Below are positions 13,950 to 26,865 of a stretch of 64,000 nucleotides of DNA, one piece after another. The DNA is taken from the NCBI GenBank assembly GCA_002189035.1, contig NEEC01000008.1, positions 1-64,000 of the forward strand, written 5' to 3'. The DNA is from Utricularia gibba. Lineage: Eukaryota > Plantae > Magnoliophyta. Below the pieces are notes generated by a model. The model was not told where the DNA came from, ran no database searches, and was given only the letters and a program-made list of their open reading frames with translations. The position numbers and the translations under genes were made by a program. Every line of letters begins with the position of its first letter. Within the stretch, counting starts at the first letter, position 1.

Positions 13950-15180
13950 CCTAGAGGCTTTGAATGGCTAGACGGAGAGTATGCTTGGTTGGGCAAGATG
14001 GTGTAGTGCTCAGTGGGATGTCTTGTGGTGCACCATAGGGATTCACAATTGATGGAGGCATGGAGGTGATGGTACTCTTGATACCTGCTTGCACAAAGAT
14101 AGCCTTCCCCTCAACTTTCTTTAGGTAATTGCAAGGAAATAGGTAATCTAAGTCTAGATAACGAAAATGATTATTTGCCAGAGGGTTCTGCTTTTCTAGA
14201 TTAACGTTAAGGTGTTGGGCAGGATTGGTGATGAGAGAAGCAAGGGGAAGCACCCTCTCATTTTTGGCAGTGATGGAGTGTATTTGGGTAGCAATCCACC
14301 ATCCCATATTTATGGGAAGCTTCTTCATCACGTCTCATAGGAAAAACACAATGACTTTGACAATGATGCTAGTGCCTTGTCAAGTTGCATTATAACAACC
14401 TCCCAGATACTTGTTAAGAAATAAAAGAACAGGGGCCCTTAAGAAATAGGCCTTGAGTTTGCATACATGGAAGCATCGGCATTAAGCACATTGAAATGCT
14501 CAAGATAATCACAGTAAGCTTGGAGGTAGCAAGTAGTGGAAAAATCAGATTCAGAAATAAAGCCTGAAGCCACATCAAAATCATTGATAGACATGCAAAA
14601 ATGTTTACCACCAAGACGAAAAGAAATCAACTCCTCAACAATAGGGTTACCTACAACATCCTTAAACACAAACATAGTATAGAATTCAAACACAAGTTTG
14701 GGATAAACACACAAACTAATTTCAAAAAATCTACGCCATTCAGGAGAAGGATCAAATAAATGGTTAATATTAGCAAGCAAGTTTAAGTGCACCAAGGTAG
14801 GAGTATACAATTTGAAATCAAACAAAATTCTATGAGAAGTCAAAAGATTAAACATGAGTTGAGCATTTTTATCTGAAAATCTCACAGTATTATTCAGCTG
14901 AGTCGAAGCAAGAGATTCCAAGGCTTGGTCTCGCCAGAATTTTGTATGACCACGCTGTGCTTTACCACTTTGTGTGGGCTTGGATGCTTCATCAACATCC
15001 TATTCGCCCAGTAGGAACTCTAAGCATGGCCCATCCATGATGATCTCTTCAAGGGCGTCTTCATCCTGCACTAGGGAAGGGGATGAATACAAAATCACAC
15101 CTTCTTTTTCTTTACCCTCTTCTTTACCAGGTTCCTCCAATATTGAGGGCTGTGGGCTCACTATTGTGGTGTGTGTTACA
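13950..15180 (-). pseudogene. Athila env-like / extra ORF after integrase
   Basis: ORFs 14439..14921 (WRRFFEISLCVYPKLVFEFY..SFRLGG) and 13951..14331 (INMGWWIA..LASLIT) lie between integrase and the PPT. Confidence 0.75.
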
Positions 15181-15559
15181 ACGGTGAGGAAGGTAACGAT
15201 TGGATTTGAAAAGCTAAAAAGGAGATTGAGTGTGGAACGGTTAAAAGAGAAAGTCAGTGTGTGGGGTTGGTGGAATTACAGTAACCTGGTGTAATGGGCA
15301 CTAAAAATGAGGGAAAGTGGTGGATTAAAGTTGCCTCCCATGCAGCATCAATTTGTAGTCCTTGGCTAACTATAACTTGTTAATGAATCTCGACTAGCCA
15401 TAAGCAACACACAGTGTGTGGCTAGAAGTTCTCATAAAATGGCTTCAGTCAATGTCCATTGACCTTAATGCTTTTCTCTATCTCAAATGAACGAATAATA
15501 ATAACACTAGAAGAAAAAAAGTTCAAAGTAGTCTCAAACAAAAGAACTTTTTGACTAAC

Positions 15560-18500
15560 TAAAAATATCTTCTATAGTGACTTACTATCATAGAAGCGTT
15601 TTACCTTTTCCTTGAGCAAAAGCTGGTTGATGTAGGCATTGAGGAGAATTTCCTTCAACTCACTTAAGTCCAACAACCTGTTCTATCTAACTTTCTCACT
15701 AGCCATGTTGCATGACTTGATGACACAGTATGCCCTGTGATGAAGTTCAAAAGGAAGATGACATGTCTTACCATAGATCACGCAGTATGGAGACATCTCT
15801 ATAGAATTCTTGTAAGAAGTATGGTATGCCCATAGTGTATTATTGAGCCTTAAGCTCCAATCTCCCCTATTTGGGTTCATGGTCCACTCTGAGATCCTCT
15901 TCACTTCCCTATTTGAGGATATCTAGCTGTGGATAGGTGGTTGTTGACTCCATACTTGGCTAGGGCACTCTTGATGTCATGATTAACAAAATGGGTGCCA
16001 CAATCAGAGATAATAATTGTGGGATGTCCAAACCTGGGAATAACATAGTAGTCAAGAAGTGTCCCTCAGTTTTTGCATCATCTCTCTCACAAGCAATGGC
16101 TTCGAGCCATTTAAAAACATAATCTACAACAAGTAGAATATAGGGTTTTCCTTGAGTGAGGAGAAATGGTCTCATAAAGTCGAAGCCTCATACATCAAAG
16201 ATTTCACACATGATAATGGGTTGAAGGAGCATTTGATCCTTTTATACCAAATTTCCTCCTTGTTGATAATTTGAGCACGCCTTGCAATGAATGTAAGAAT
16301 CCTTCAATATTGTAGGCCAATAAAATCCAGCTTCCAAGACCTTTTTTACAGTGATTTTTGTGCCCAAGTATCCACTGCAAGGTAACTCATGACAATGGGT
16401 GAGAATGGAGTGCACTTCATCTTGAGAGATGCATTACCTAATAATTTGATCAACATCAGTTTTCCAAAGATATGGATTGTCCCAAATGAAATTTAGGTTG
16501 TCACTCTTATGTTTTTCCTTCTATTAGTGCTGAAAATCTATAGGAAATGGCATAGTCAATAAATAATTCATGATGTCAGCGTACCATGGTCTGTCATCAT
16601 TGATCATCGATAAGACTTGATTTTTCTTCAAAAGTGATCTAGCAGAAGTGATCTGCATCTAGATTCTTGCATCCTCTCTTGGGCATCATCAAGGTACTTG
16701 GACGCAAAGTGGATAATATGAGATTTCTCCTCCACCTTTTGTCCCAAAACCATACCTAGAGCTATATCACTTGCATCACACATTAATTCAAATGGTAGAC
16801 TCCAATTTGGGGCCTGGATAATGAGAGTTGAAACAAACTTTTCTTTCAAAATATCAAAATCAATTTTACATTTTCCATCGAAGTAAAACTCAACATCTTT
16901 ATGCAATAAAGCACACAAAAGAGATGCAATTTTTGAAAAATCCTAAATAAATCTATGATAAAATCCAACATGTCCAAGGAAAGAATGTACATCTCTTATA
17001 CAAGTGGGATAAGGTAATTTTCGGATTACCTCAATCTTGGCCTTTTCAACCTCAATGCTTTTATAGGAAACATGTCCTAAGATGATACATTATTCTATCA
17101 TGAAGTGATCTTTCTCATAGTTCAAAACAAGTTTAGTCTGATGTTGCATCATATTTCAACTTATTTGAGTAAATTTCAATGTTTAGGATTATGTAAACTA
17201 GAATAGGGAAAATGCCAAAATGCTCTTTGATCAAGTTATTTTTTTAAAAAATGCAATTTGGGCCATTTTTTCTTGAGTCCAAGTGTAGGGTGGTTTTATT
17301 GTTCATCTAAGCCCATGAATGTGGAGCCCATTTACGTTGTGCCGCATTATCTAACCAAGTTGTTATGAGTACAAGGGTGAAACATGAATTTCATGTCTAA
17401 ATGCAGAGGAAGAATAAGGAAGGTTGGTGAAAAAAAAAATGCAAGAGGATCGCAACATATGCAACTAACTATGGCAGGCATGAGAGACTAAAGTGAATAA
17501 AGAATGGAAAAGATTTGATGTCTATATAATTCCTTTCTCTCCAAAATATTAGAGAAGCAATGAACCTACCAACCCAACAACCAGGGAATTCTTCTATTGC
17601 AAACAGATTTTTCTTGTCAAAGAGTGTTTTTCCGATTGGAGTCGAAGAGAAGACAAAGGAGAGGAGTTCTAGCATGACAATGGAACTAATCTTTGACCTG
17701 AAAACTACAGCTAAAACCTGAACCAAAGACAAGGAGGCTTGGAAATCTATAGTTTGAGAAGAAAAAGATAGGGAGAACACAGAATTGGAGAATCGAACAA
17801 ACATTTTACTTTTCTCGTAAATCTTATTTCTTACATCATATTTCATTTTCAATGTTCAAAGTGTTCGAATGCTTTCATAAGCTGATTTAGGTACTTCATT
17901 ATCTACTTTTACTTTAGGAACCAATAGAAGTATTTTATTGATTTTAGTTAGAGTAAAAACCCACTTCCAGGAAACCCCTCGTTTAGCCTACCATATGCAT
18001 CAAACCAACAACTAAAAACCGTTTGCTCTCCGTGGATTGACCTAGACTTACTACTACAACATTAATTTCTTACGAATGAAATGTGATTTCTTTGTTTAGT
18101 TTATAAATTACTTTTGATGGAGAAAACCTTTTAGACTTGCAACATCTTTTCCATCTTTCATAGTCTCAACATAACGCTTCAAAATCAATGACATATTAGC
18201 AAGGAATTCATGAAAACTATTCCCATAAACCATCAAGTCATTCATAAAAACCTCAATAATGTTTTCAACATATTCAGAAAAAATATTAATCTTGCAGCAT
18301 TGAAGTGTTGCTGGTGAATTGTATAATCAAAGTCTCATTTTTCACCAAGAAATAAGTACTTCAAATGATCAGGCAAAGTTTTCAACTCTAGTAATAAAGA
18401 ATGAATAATAGAAGGAATCAATTGTTTCTCGAGCATTTCCAAACTCAGAAATTCAATATCAGAAAATTCCGATTTTTCAGGCAAATACTCAAGATAACTT

Positions 18501-20100
18501 AAAAGTTCAGTGTTATAAAGTGAAATATTGTCAGAATTAAAATTTTTGATAATGCGCATCAACAAGGAATCTTGCTCATGGATCATTGCTAAGTGTTCTA
18601 CATCTGCATCAAATGTAGAAATTGAACAAATCTTGTTGATCTGATCCAAGTACTGCATGGTTTTATCCAGGATGAAGTCCAACACCTGTCCATCAAACTA
18701 CAGAGAGATTGCGCTGGCTTAAACATAAATTTTGCTACCTACAGTAGACATAAAAGGTCGTCCCAAAATGATGGACTCTGAAATCATGAGATTTCCACTC
18801 TCCATGAGAATAAGTAAAAAGTCAGCAAAAAATCAAATCTTTAACATGAACAAACACATCATCAACTCTATCATTACACTTAACATGTGATCTTAACAAC
18901 ACTAGCAAACTTAAGTTTACCTAGTTTAGATTTAAGGGAAAGATAAAGAGATCTAGGCATAACATTAACTGAAGCTCCAAAGTCACACATGGCAATTGAA
19001 ATTTTCATATCACCAATAGTCACAGGTATGGAAAAAAAATCAAGATCCTTACACCTTCTTGGAATTCTTCTTTCAATAATCACTGAAATATTCACCTTGA
19101 CCTGTTTCATTATCTCCATGACTACCTTCATTCCACGTTTATCCTTGCTTTTCCTTCGAAGTCTCATAGGAAAAGGAGGTGGAATAACTAAAGACTTAGG
19201 TTGATCAACTTTTTGCATCTCCCTCTCCTTCACTTCTTCAAGTGGCGTGGGCATAGCAATGTTATGGATTGGGGTACTATCTAGATTCTTACAAATAATC
19301 TCTTCATCCACTTTATCATCATTGTTCAAGACTTCTAATTCTTTTTCTTCGGACCTGTCTACCTTAGTCATGAACCCTGGGGAAGGGTCTAGAAGATCCT
19401 TCCTACTTCTCAATGATATTGCATTGATGTGCTCGGGGTTCTTCACTGGGTGAGTCCTCCTTGTACCTCCAATAGGTTCATAGCTTGCTCCAACTAGGTG
19501 ATTTGAGTTTGCATGCTGGTGATTCATCCATCCATATCCTTTTGAGCAGCATGCATTTTGGTGGTGCTCTCAACAAAGGACTTCACCATTGACTCCAAGT
19601 TGTGATTTGTCTGATAAGGAGCAATAGGTTGCTCTAGAGCTCTAGTGATTTATAGAGGTTGAGTTGGAACAATGAGAGTTTTCTGAAAAATAGCAAATGG
19701 GTTCACTAGTGATGGCTCTTGACTAGGAGGCACTGGTTGTCTCAAGCGGAAACTAGGGTGGTCTCTTCTTGGCATTTGGTAGTTTCCATAGTTGTAGGTT
19801 CCTCATTCGTCCTAATAGAATGTGTTCACCTCTTCTATTGGTATCTCATGAAGTTGAGGTCCTGGATTATTTAGTGAGACTGAAGGAGAAGACCCAAAGC
19901 GTTACTTGGTTCTCCGTTGAACCTTTTGGGCACATGGATGCACAAGTCATGTGCAACTCTCTAAGATGGCAATTTGGGTCATCATTCTCTCTCCCAGAAA
20001 ACTTAGAAAGTGTCTGGAACAAATATGGGCATAGCTCAAAGCCCTCTTCCACATCAAGAATGATGCAAAGTAGTCAGTCAGCATGGTTTGTAGTGATTTT
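15560..20100 (-). pseudogene. Degenerate Athila gag-pol
   Basis: gag (LSKFSGRENDDPNCHLREL), protease (AMCDFGASVNVMP), LELKTLPDHLKYLFLGE, RT, RNase H (FELMCDASDIALGMVLGQ), integrase (YILLVVDYVFKWLEAIA; [17 protein letters not shown]). Confidence 0.92.
17139..18160 (+). mobile_element. Solo LTR (1022 bp) inserted in the RT of the - strand Athila
   Basis: TG...CA ends and a perfect 5-bp TSD TAGTC (17134-38, 18161-65). Removing it restores RT LKRYVETKLVLNYEKDHFM. Confidence 0.92.
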
Positions 20101-20470
20101 CTCTATAATCGTCCTTAGTGCTAGACCATGATTGGTGATTTGTAGAACTAGAAAAATTTTAGAATGTTGTCGCTCATCTCCTGCGTGAACCATGAGGACT
20201 AAAGTGGGTGGTTGAGTTGCCATTTCTTCTCCAATAGTTGAACTGAAATTTAGTTCTTGTTGTTTCGCCAGAAAAGTGTGCTCAGTCTCTACATCTAAGG
20301 GACATAAGGCTTCTTGCTAAGATCTCAAGCTTTGGTGGCCCTTCGGTGGAGCTGAATGCATAAAAAGAGAAAAATACAGCATCAAAACGGAAACAAAAGA
20401 AGAAGAAGAAAGAAACAAAAAGAAAAGAAAATGAAAAACTATACACAATACCAATAAAAAAATACACAAC

Positions 20471-20488
20471 TCCCCGACAACAGTGCCA
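20471..20488 (-). promoter_or_regulatory. Primer-binding site of the - strand Athila
   Basis: TGGCACTGTTGTCGGGGA, 3 transitions away from the TGGCGCCGTTGCCGGGGA consensus, just after the LTR end at 20495. Confidence 0.85.
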
Positions 20489-20494
20489 AAAATA

Positions 20495-22330
20495 TGTTGC
20501 ATGTCATTTCCTTAACAAATTTTAATTAAAAAAATATAAAACACAAATAAGCGTAGTACAATTGTTGCTCTCAAGGAGTTGAGTTTTGCGAATAGTGTTT
20601 TGTGCTTAACTTTTACAAGTTGACACGGATTTGTAAAAGAGGGTTTTCAAATACTGAAATACAGAATATACCACAAGTAATGGACCTTGACTAAGGAAAG
20701 CAGTTCATGGGAAAGAGATTATGTTTCCTCCTTAATCTATTCTTGTCTCGTTTTTCACTGATTCTGATAGCACACAAATTTTCCTATTTTTATGATATGA
20801 AAATTATAAGTTTTTAATTATGTTTAGTTGTTTATTCTATAATTTTAAGTATTTTTGTATAATATAGTGAATATATTAACTTTGTGTGCAAATGGGCTAA
20901 ATCCATTGATTTAGCCCATCTTGTGTACTAACGTATTTTGAGTCTAGTAGCAACTCCCAAAAATTAGGGGAGACAACATGGATTTCGTGCAAGCATTAGT
21001 TTGCAAAAGAAAAGACACCATAAAAAAAGGAGTAATGAGTACACTGTCGTTGCGGTAGTCTGCAAGTCAGGGACAAGAGCAACAGAGATGTTAGAGATCG
21101 TATTGGCCTTGGAAAATGAGAGAGGAGAAATAATTTTGGAGAAGATAGAATCGCAAGAGAGTAGAGAGAGGGAGAACTTAAGTAGTGACACACTGAGAGG
21201 CTCCTCCAACACCACGAACACCATTCAGAAGAGGAGAAGGAGGAGATTCTTGCAAAGAAGACTCCCGTCCTCAAGAGCGTTGTCAAGACCCAGTCGGCAC
21301 TATTGTTCTACAGTGTGAACAATAGCAAACGGAAAACAGAACACTTTGTTTACTTAGTTTGCTGAAACTTTACTTTCGCTAGCTGTTTGTTTGACAATGT
21401 TGGGAATATTTTCTTCAGTTTGTGACTATGAAATCTTGCTTTGTTTTCCATGCATGAGTAGCTAAACCTTAGGGATGCCTTAAGGTATAGAATGATGATG
21501 TGGGACTAGGGTTAATAAGGCAATTGATCTTTATTTATTAGTTATTGTTTCTATCATTTCATGGGTAGACCTAAGGGAGGGAACAGTAGCTTTATAATCC
21601 AAATGTTTGATTTAAATGTAGACCAACAAATCAAGGTGGGAGCAATAGGTATTAGTCTAGGGTAGAACTAGTAGAATCGAGTAAATCTAGCTCTATATAT
21701 TTTACATGTAAGTAGACCTAATTGCAATATTGGTAATGATATTGGGCACTAGCTTAGCCGAAGATATGATGAATGAACTTGGTAGACTTAGTTTGTTTGG
21801 AGTTGTGAGTATAGGAACATGGTGAATTAAATTAGGTATCTTAGTACCACATCACCTGCATTACCTTAAGGCATCTTAATATTACCTTATATTTAGAATC
21901 AGCAATTGTTATTTTTTGTCCTGCAACTTGACCTTACTTCACAAGTTTTTCTGTTACTGTTAGTTCGAACTTAAACTAAAACTGAAACCATTCTGTGATC
22001 CTACATAGACTAGAACACATAGCAAGCATTCGCTCCTTGTGATTGACACCGAAAACCACGATGCATGTTTTTTGAACATATATTTTGTGAACATTAGGGT
22101 TTATAAATTTATTTAGTACCAAATTTGATTTTATTGCAATGATATTCACATTCCCCGTTTATCATATTCCTTCCAAATAGCTAGTCACAGGAAAGGAATA
22201 GCCTACTCTACTTTACACTCTAATAACTCAATTACTGGGGTATCCTGATCAAAGATAATTCGCTATCTCTTTCGAACTAATAGGGTTGGAGATGGTGTTC
22301 TTCACCTTGCTCTTCATTAAAATCCATGAG
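20495..22330 (-). mobile_element. 5' LTR of the - strand Athila, interrupted by a solo LTR and 5'-truncated at ~22330
   Basis: 20495-20764 plus 22165-22330 align colinearly with 11736-~12310. Confidence 0.8.
20765..22164 (+). mobile_element. Solo LTR (1400 bp)
   Basis: TGATAGCAC...GTTTATCA with TSD GATTC/TATTC (1 mismatch). The host LTR resumes exactly. Same family as 56146-57546. Confidence 0.88.
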
Positions 22331-22909
22331 AGGATACACAGTGTCCGCAAGTATGGCATTCACGTCAAATATTAACAACTTTCGTGGTGGGGCTGTGTTA
22401 TCACTCGACACTCCACCTTTGTTCATACCATGCTAGCCAACCACAGAGTTCAAGATTCTCTGCGTATAGTCTCTCCACTTCGATATACTTTGCAGTGGCA
22501 GCACTGCACTCATCACCGTGTGTCCAGATCGGTGTTGGCCCATCCGTGTTGCCCTTGACTTTTGGCTGTACATCTTCATCCTCTTCATGGGTCACCTCCT
22601 CAGAATCTTCATTTGTACTCCTATGTTGTCTACGGTGTCGAGGGGTTCCACACCACAAATGTTGTGTCCTAGGGGCATTGACAAAGGGGGACAATACGTC
22701 CTCCAGTGACTTTGTTATGCAAGAGAACAAATTCCCAAACCTTCTTGCTGCATGTTTTGGCAATACCTCTATGTCTACAACGACAACAACAAAAAGCATG
22801 AGTACTGTTAGAATATCCGAAATAATTGTTTGTGATCACCTGATGGGTGTCCAACATTTTCTGACACTATCAACATTGTTGGCCATTCTGGAGCAGAGGG
22901 TTGGCATAC
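22331..22909 (-). pseudogene. Spliced ORF remnant ending in an FCP1/NIF-like (HAD) phosphatase N-terminal motif
   Basis: 22384->22331 reads RKLLIFDVNAILADTVYP, resembling the plant FCP1-homology motif KKLLxLDxNGLLADIVxP. Candidate upstream exons 22909-22840 and from 22774 join in frame across a 65-nt GT-AG intron. Confidence 0.5.
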
Positions 22910-23489
22910 CTATACAAAACTAGTCCACCAATCATCATATGCTCTTCTCATGTCTGTAACCAGAACCACTCTAGGTTTTCCATGAAGCGAGTAGCGCGGA
23001 CTCCCCTTACGTAGCCAGTGTGTTTAGAAGCACCTGATTTTACAAATCGCAGTGTAGAGTAAAATGGCGCATCGCTGTACTACAAAATACCCTCACTACT
23101 ATGCTCCGGCTTCACACTCATCTGCTTTTTAATTTTTGACACCACCGGATACGATGAAACACGTGGTGCTTCTAACAACTTTAGTGTCGTACAAGCCTTC
23201 GTAGGACCTCGTATGAAGATCGTGGTGTTGGCTCCAATGATCCACCGTGTCTTACCATGTTACCCCATGGTAAGACATGAAACTACGGTACAATCCTAAC
23301 AATTTTTTTAGCAACCACCAAATACGATGGAAACAGGTGTTCAAGTTGGAGTATAAACTGGAGTTTAACTTGCTGTGACTTTGCAATGCAAACAGTTAAG
23401 CTTAGCAAATCCAGTACAAACGACACGATAGGTTTTGAACAGGAATTTAGGAAAACCACTAGCATGACAATGCCTAAAGCAGTGCTACA

Positions 23490-24800
23490 CTAGCGGCGTA
23501 TGCGGGATGCCAGCCACTCGATGTACATCCCCTCAGCTTGCTGGTCACGCCACCTATTCCATGCATGATTGCCTCCGGCAGAGACATCTTTTGTATCACT
23601 CATGTCCCTAGCTTCATTCTGAAAGTCCAATGGGACCTGATTCTCCAGGGGATCGACCACCATCTCCTTTCGAATGAGGTAATGGAGCAAAGCACATACC
23701 AATACAATGCGGTTCTGTGTGTCTACCTAATAGTAGCTAGCCGTCGTAGTATACCCCACCGCATCTTCATCAAGCCCCAAGCTCGTTCGATCACATTTCT
23801 GGCTGATGCATGCCGCATGTTGAATAGCTCGTTCGCATTCTGGGTGCTCCATTTCCCTGTCCCCACTCCTTCAAGTGGTAACGGACTCCACGGTATGGTG
23901 CCAAAAAGCCTCCCTATTGGCGTATCCATTGTCACATAGATAATATGTTCCTATGTCATCACGTATACATGGTGCATAAAATCATTGGAATCACATGCAC
24001 ACGGGCTAAACAAGTGAAATATCTGGGCATACATGGAAGCCATCGGATCGTGAGAGTGCATCGTTTAGCACCCGACTATCTGCAGCAGACCTCTCCACCC
24101 AGCAAGCACATATATAAATTTTAGGTGTTCATCACATACACCCAAAACGTTGGTGGATATCACCCCCTTTCGATTTCTATACCTTGCAGCATCACATTTG
24201 TTAACTCGTATACCGATGTATGTACCATCTATGTCCCCAACACAACCCTGCAAGTGCATAATCAATTTTAGGATACACATTCGTAAAAAGAAGCATGAAA
24301 GATGTGTCCACCTGGAAGTGTTTAAACTTTCCTTCTGATGCACGTTCTGCAGCAACTACTGGGGTCTCTAACAGCACCTCATGGAGGCAAAGCACCGCAT
24401 GCAACACCTTTTGGGAGCACCGAGACCTCCTCCCGTAGACATGCTTCTACACCCGCATTTTTTTATGATAACCTAATATTCCCAAAAACATGCAAACCAT
24501 CTCCGGAACCGTTACATATTTTCCAGCCTTTAAATTAGAACGATTTTCTAATGGGCTACATAAAATACCCAAAGCATCTCGGCTAATTCTCAAATTCTCA
24601 ATAGATGCACGCTATTCACATCACTCACCAACCTACTAATATACTCAACTTGTCTAGGAATCTTGTGTGTAAGTGAATACCTGCGTCTCACCCTATATCC
24701 CCTATAGTATTTCTTCCAATGTAAATATACTAACACATTCATTTGCACCAAGTATTCGGTCAAAACTGCCGCTGTCACACTCAAGATGACATGACCCTCC
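23490..24800 (-). mobile_element. PIF/Harbinger DDE transposase pseudogene
   Basis: RYSLTHKIPRQVEYISRLV; GCVGDIDGTYI..RYRNRKG..NVLGVCD..FIYVLAGW; NELFNMRHASARNVIERAWGLMKMRWGIL; WNRWRDQQAEGMY. An intron follows FKHFQ; frameshifts and stops present. Confidence 0.92.
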
Positions 24801-25449
24801 GTGAAAAAATCTATGTCCCCTCAAAAGTCGCAAAAATCGAGCAAAATAAATCCACACACACAGCACCACAGATTCTGAAAATTGGAAATTCGCAAATAAA
24901 AACCCACTATGCGGTGCTGCCATGATTGGCCTCCGCGGTGTTACCGTGGACCAACCCACCAAGAACAGAAAGCATATTTACCGAAAGACCCATCCTTTTT
25001 GCGCTCAAAGAACACGCGACGCCACCGGCAAATCACGAATGTATATCTGGGTTGTAGATCTACGTTCAAATGTAGTTCACGCGAGGGCAAAAGTGAAAAT
25101 GCCAATTTTCACATCCATAACCGGAAAATCGGCCCGACCCACTCAACCAATTTTCACCCATAACAATTGTATTTATATTTTCTTATGTGAATAATTTTTT
25201 TTTTTGAATGATATGAATCTCATTGCTTTTATTAAGTAATCGTGTAACTTATTTTAATATAATATAGTGCAACTTATTGAATAATTATTAAAAAATTAAA
25301 AAAATCAACACGAATTTGGTTTTAAATACAGCATATGTTTAAATTTGTCTTTCATAAACACACGCATGTGCTATGCATTACCCTCATCTTTATTGTGATA
25401 ATTAGTAACAAATATGCATGTGGGTTTGTCGTAATATACAATCCTAGAA

Positions 25450-25600
25450 AGTTTCATTAAATACATTTGTTGACCAAATTACACACATAGGTTAGCAATA
25501 AGGTGCAGCTATACTGAGTTTCATTAAATGCCTTTGTTGATCTAGTTATGGATGTTGGTTAGCCAGAATCCATGGTCATATCAAGTTTCATTAAATCATT
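25450..25600. repeat. Degenerate 67-bp tandem repeat (~2.3 units)
   Basis: AGTTTCATTAAAT recurs at 25450, 25517 and 25584, with tttgttga and ggttag also shared. Confidence 0.6.
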
Positions 25601-26694
25601 TTTCATATTCTTGATATTTTAAAAATCCTATATTTTTCGTCTTCTTCATCATTATTACTTCTCTTATTGATGCCGCATTTGAATTTAAGTGAAGCTACTT
25701 TGTATAATAAGGGCTTTCTTTTGATTCAAGGTATGACTTTTGTAATTGAAGCAATTTTTCTGTTGGGTTTGGAATTTAGGAATTTGTTTTGCAAGTATTT
25801 ATGATTCAAGATATGCCTTTACTGTTTGGGTTGGTACTAGATGAGAGGTACCTTAGGTTTAATTTAGGTTTACCATCATCCTCTTATGAGATAAAGTTAT
25901 GTGGGATAGTGCTTGTTGGTTCTATATATGAGCAGATTATATAAATGTCGTCATTATGTCAGAACGGCACTTGGGTACACGAAAAAATAGATTAAAGAGT
26001 TGTTTCCTCATACCATAATGATCAGCTTGAAATCCCAAACACTCAATGCTAAACTAATGGGGAGCTAGGTGATAGTAAAAATGCTAGGCATTCAGTATAT
26101 GAATTTGGATTTTTTTAAAATGATTATTCAAAAAAACCGAAAATAAACAAAAAGGTTGATTTTAAAAATAATAAGAAAAATGAATTCAGATTTAGGTTCC
26201 ACCTTACTGAAATTCTCCCATGTGTTTGTGTATAAACTTTGAAGAATAACTCGCTTATGTAAGTTCTTGAGATAATACTCTAAAGTATTGCTGTTTGATA
26301 ACCGTTATAATACCACCTCTTATTTAACGAGATTATATAATCAATCACGCTACCAAAACTATTTCACTTCTTCTGATGACCTATGTGTTTCTCACATTTA
26401 ATCCTAACCCCTATATAGCGACCCACCTTCTTTTGCATGATATTGTTTGATTCATACCTCAAACTTTCACGTTTTTACATTCTCCCTTTTTGAAGAAAAA
26501 AACTCACACAAGATTATGGAAAGTCCTTCAATATAAACTATCTCGCTACCTAGTTTGTAGTCGATATGTAATTCGCATGTGATCTTTACATCCTTTCATG
26601 GGATGGGCCCTTCCACCCTCTTTGGAAACTCAACATCCTCTATGAGGTTTGCCCCACCAGTAGTCATAGGTTCTGGTTTGGCTTTAATAACAAA

Positions 26695-26859
26695 TGTCAC
26701 GACCCATCCTCGACTTATATGATATTATCCGTTTCGAGCCTTTGAACTACTTTCCCTAATCTTGTATGAGAGTTTTCCCCAAAAGAAAAGAACGTAAGGC
26801 TATGAAGATTGGGGGTCCAAAGTAGATAATGTCATGCAAGTAGAGTGTGAGTGGTTACA
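26695..26859. repeat. Small TG...CA imperfect foldback element
   Basis: Left arm tgtcacgacccatcctcgacttatatgatattatcc pairs imperfectly with the reverse complement of the right arm, tgtaaccactcacactctacttgcatgacattatct. No TSD. Confidence 0.45.
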
Positions 26860-26865
26860 CTCTAC

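Noticed and set aside
20964-21318. Overlapping ORFs 20964..21318 as a small gene
   Set aside because: They lie wholly inside the solo LTR 20765-22164 and have no recognisable domain.
22401-22560. PIWTHGDE as the start of a Myb/SANT ORF1
   Set aside because: The downstream Myb_DNA-bind_3 pattern (GF..GY, SGFGWD) was not found in any frame I read.
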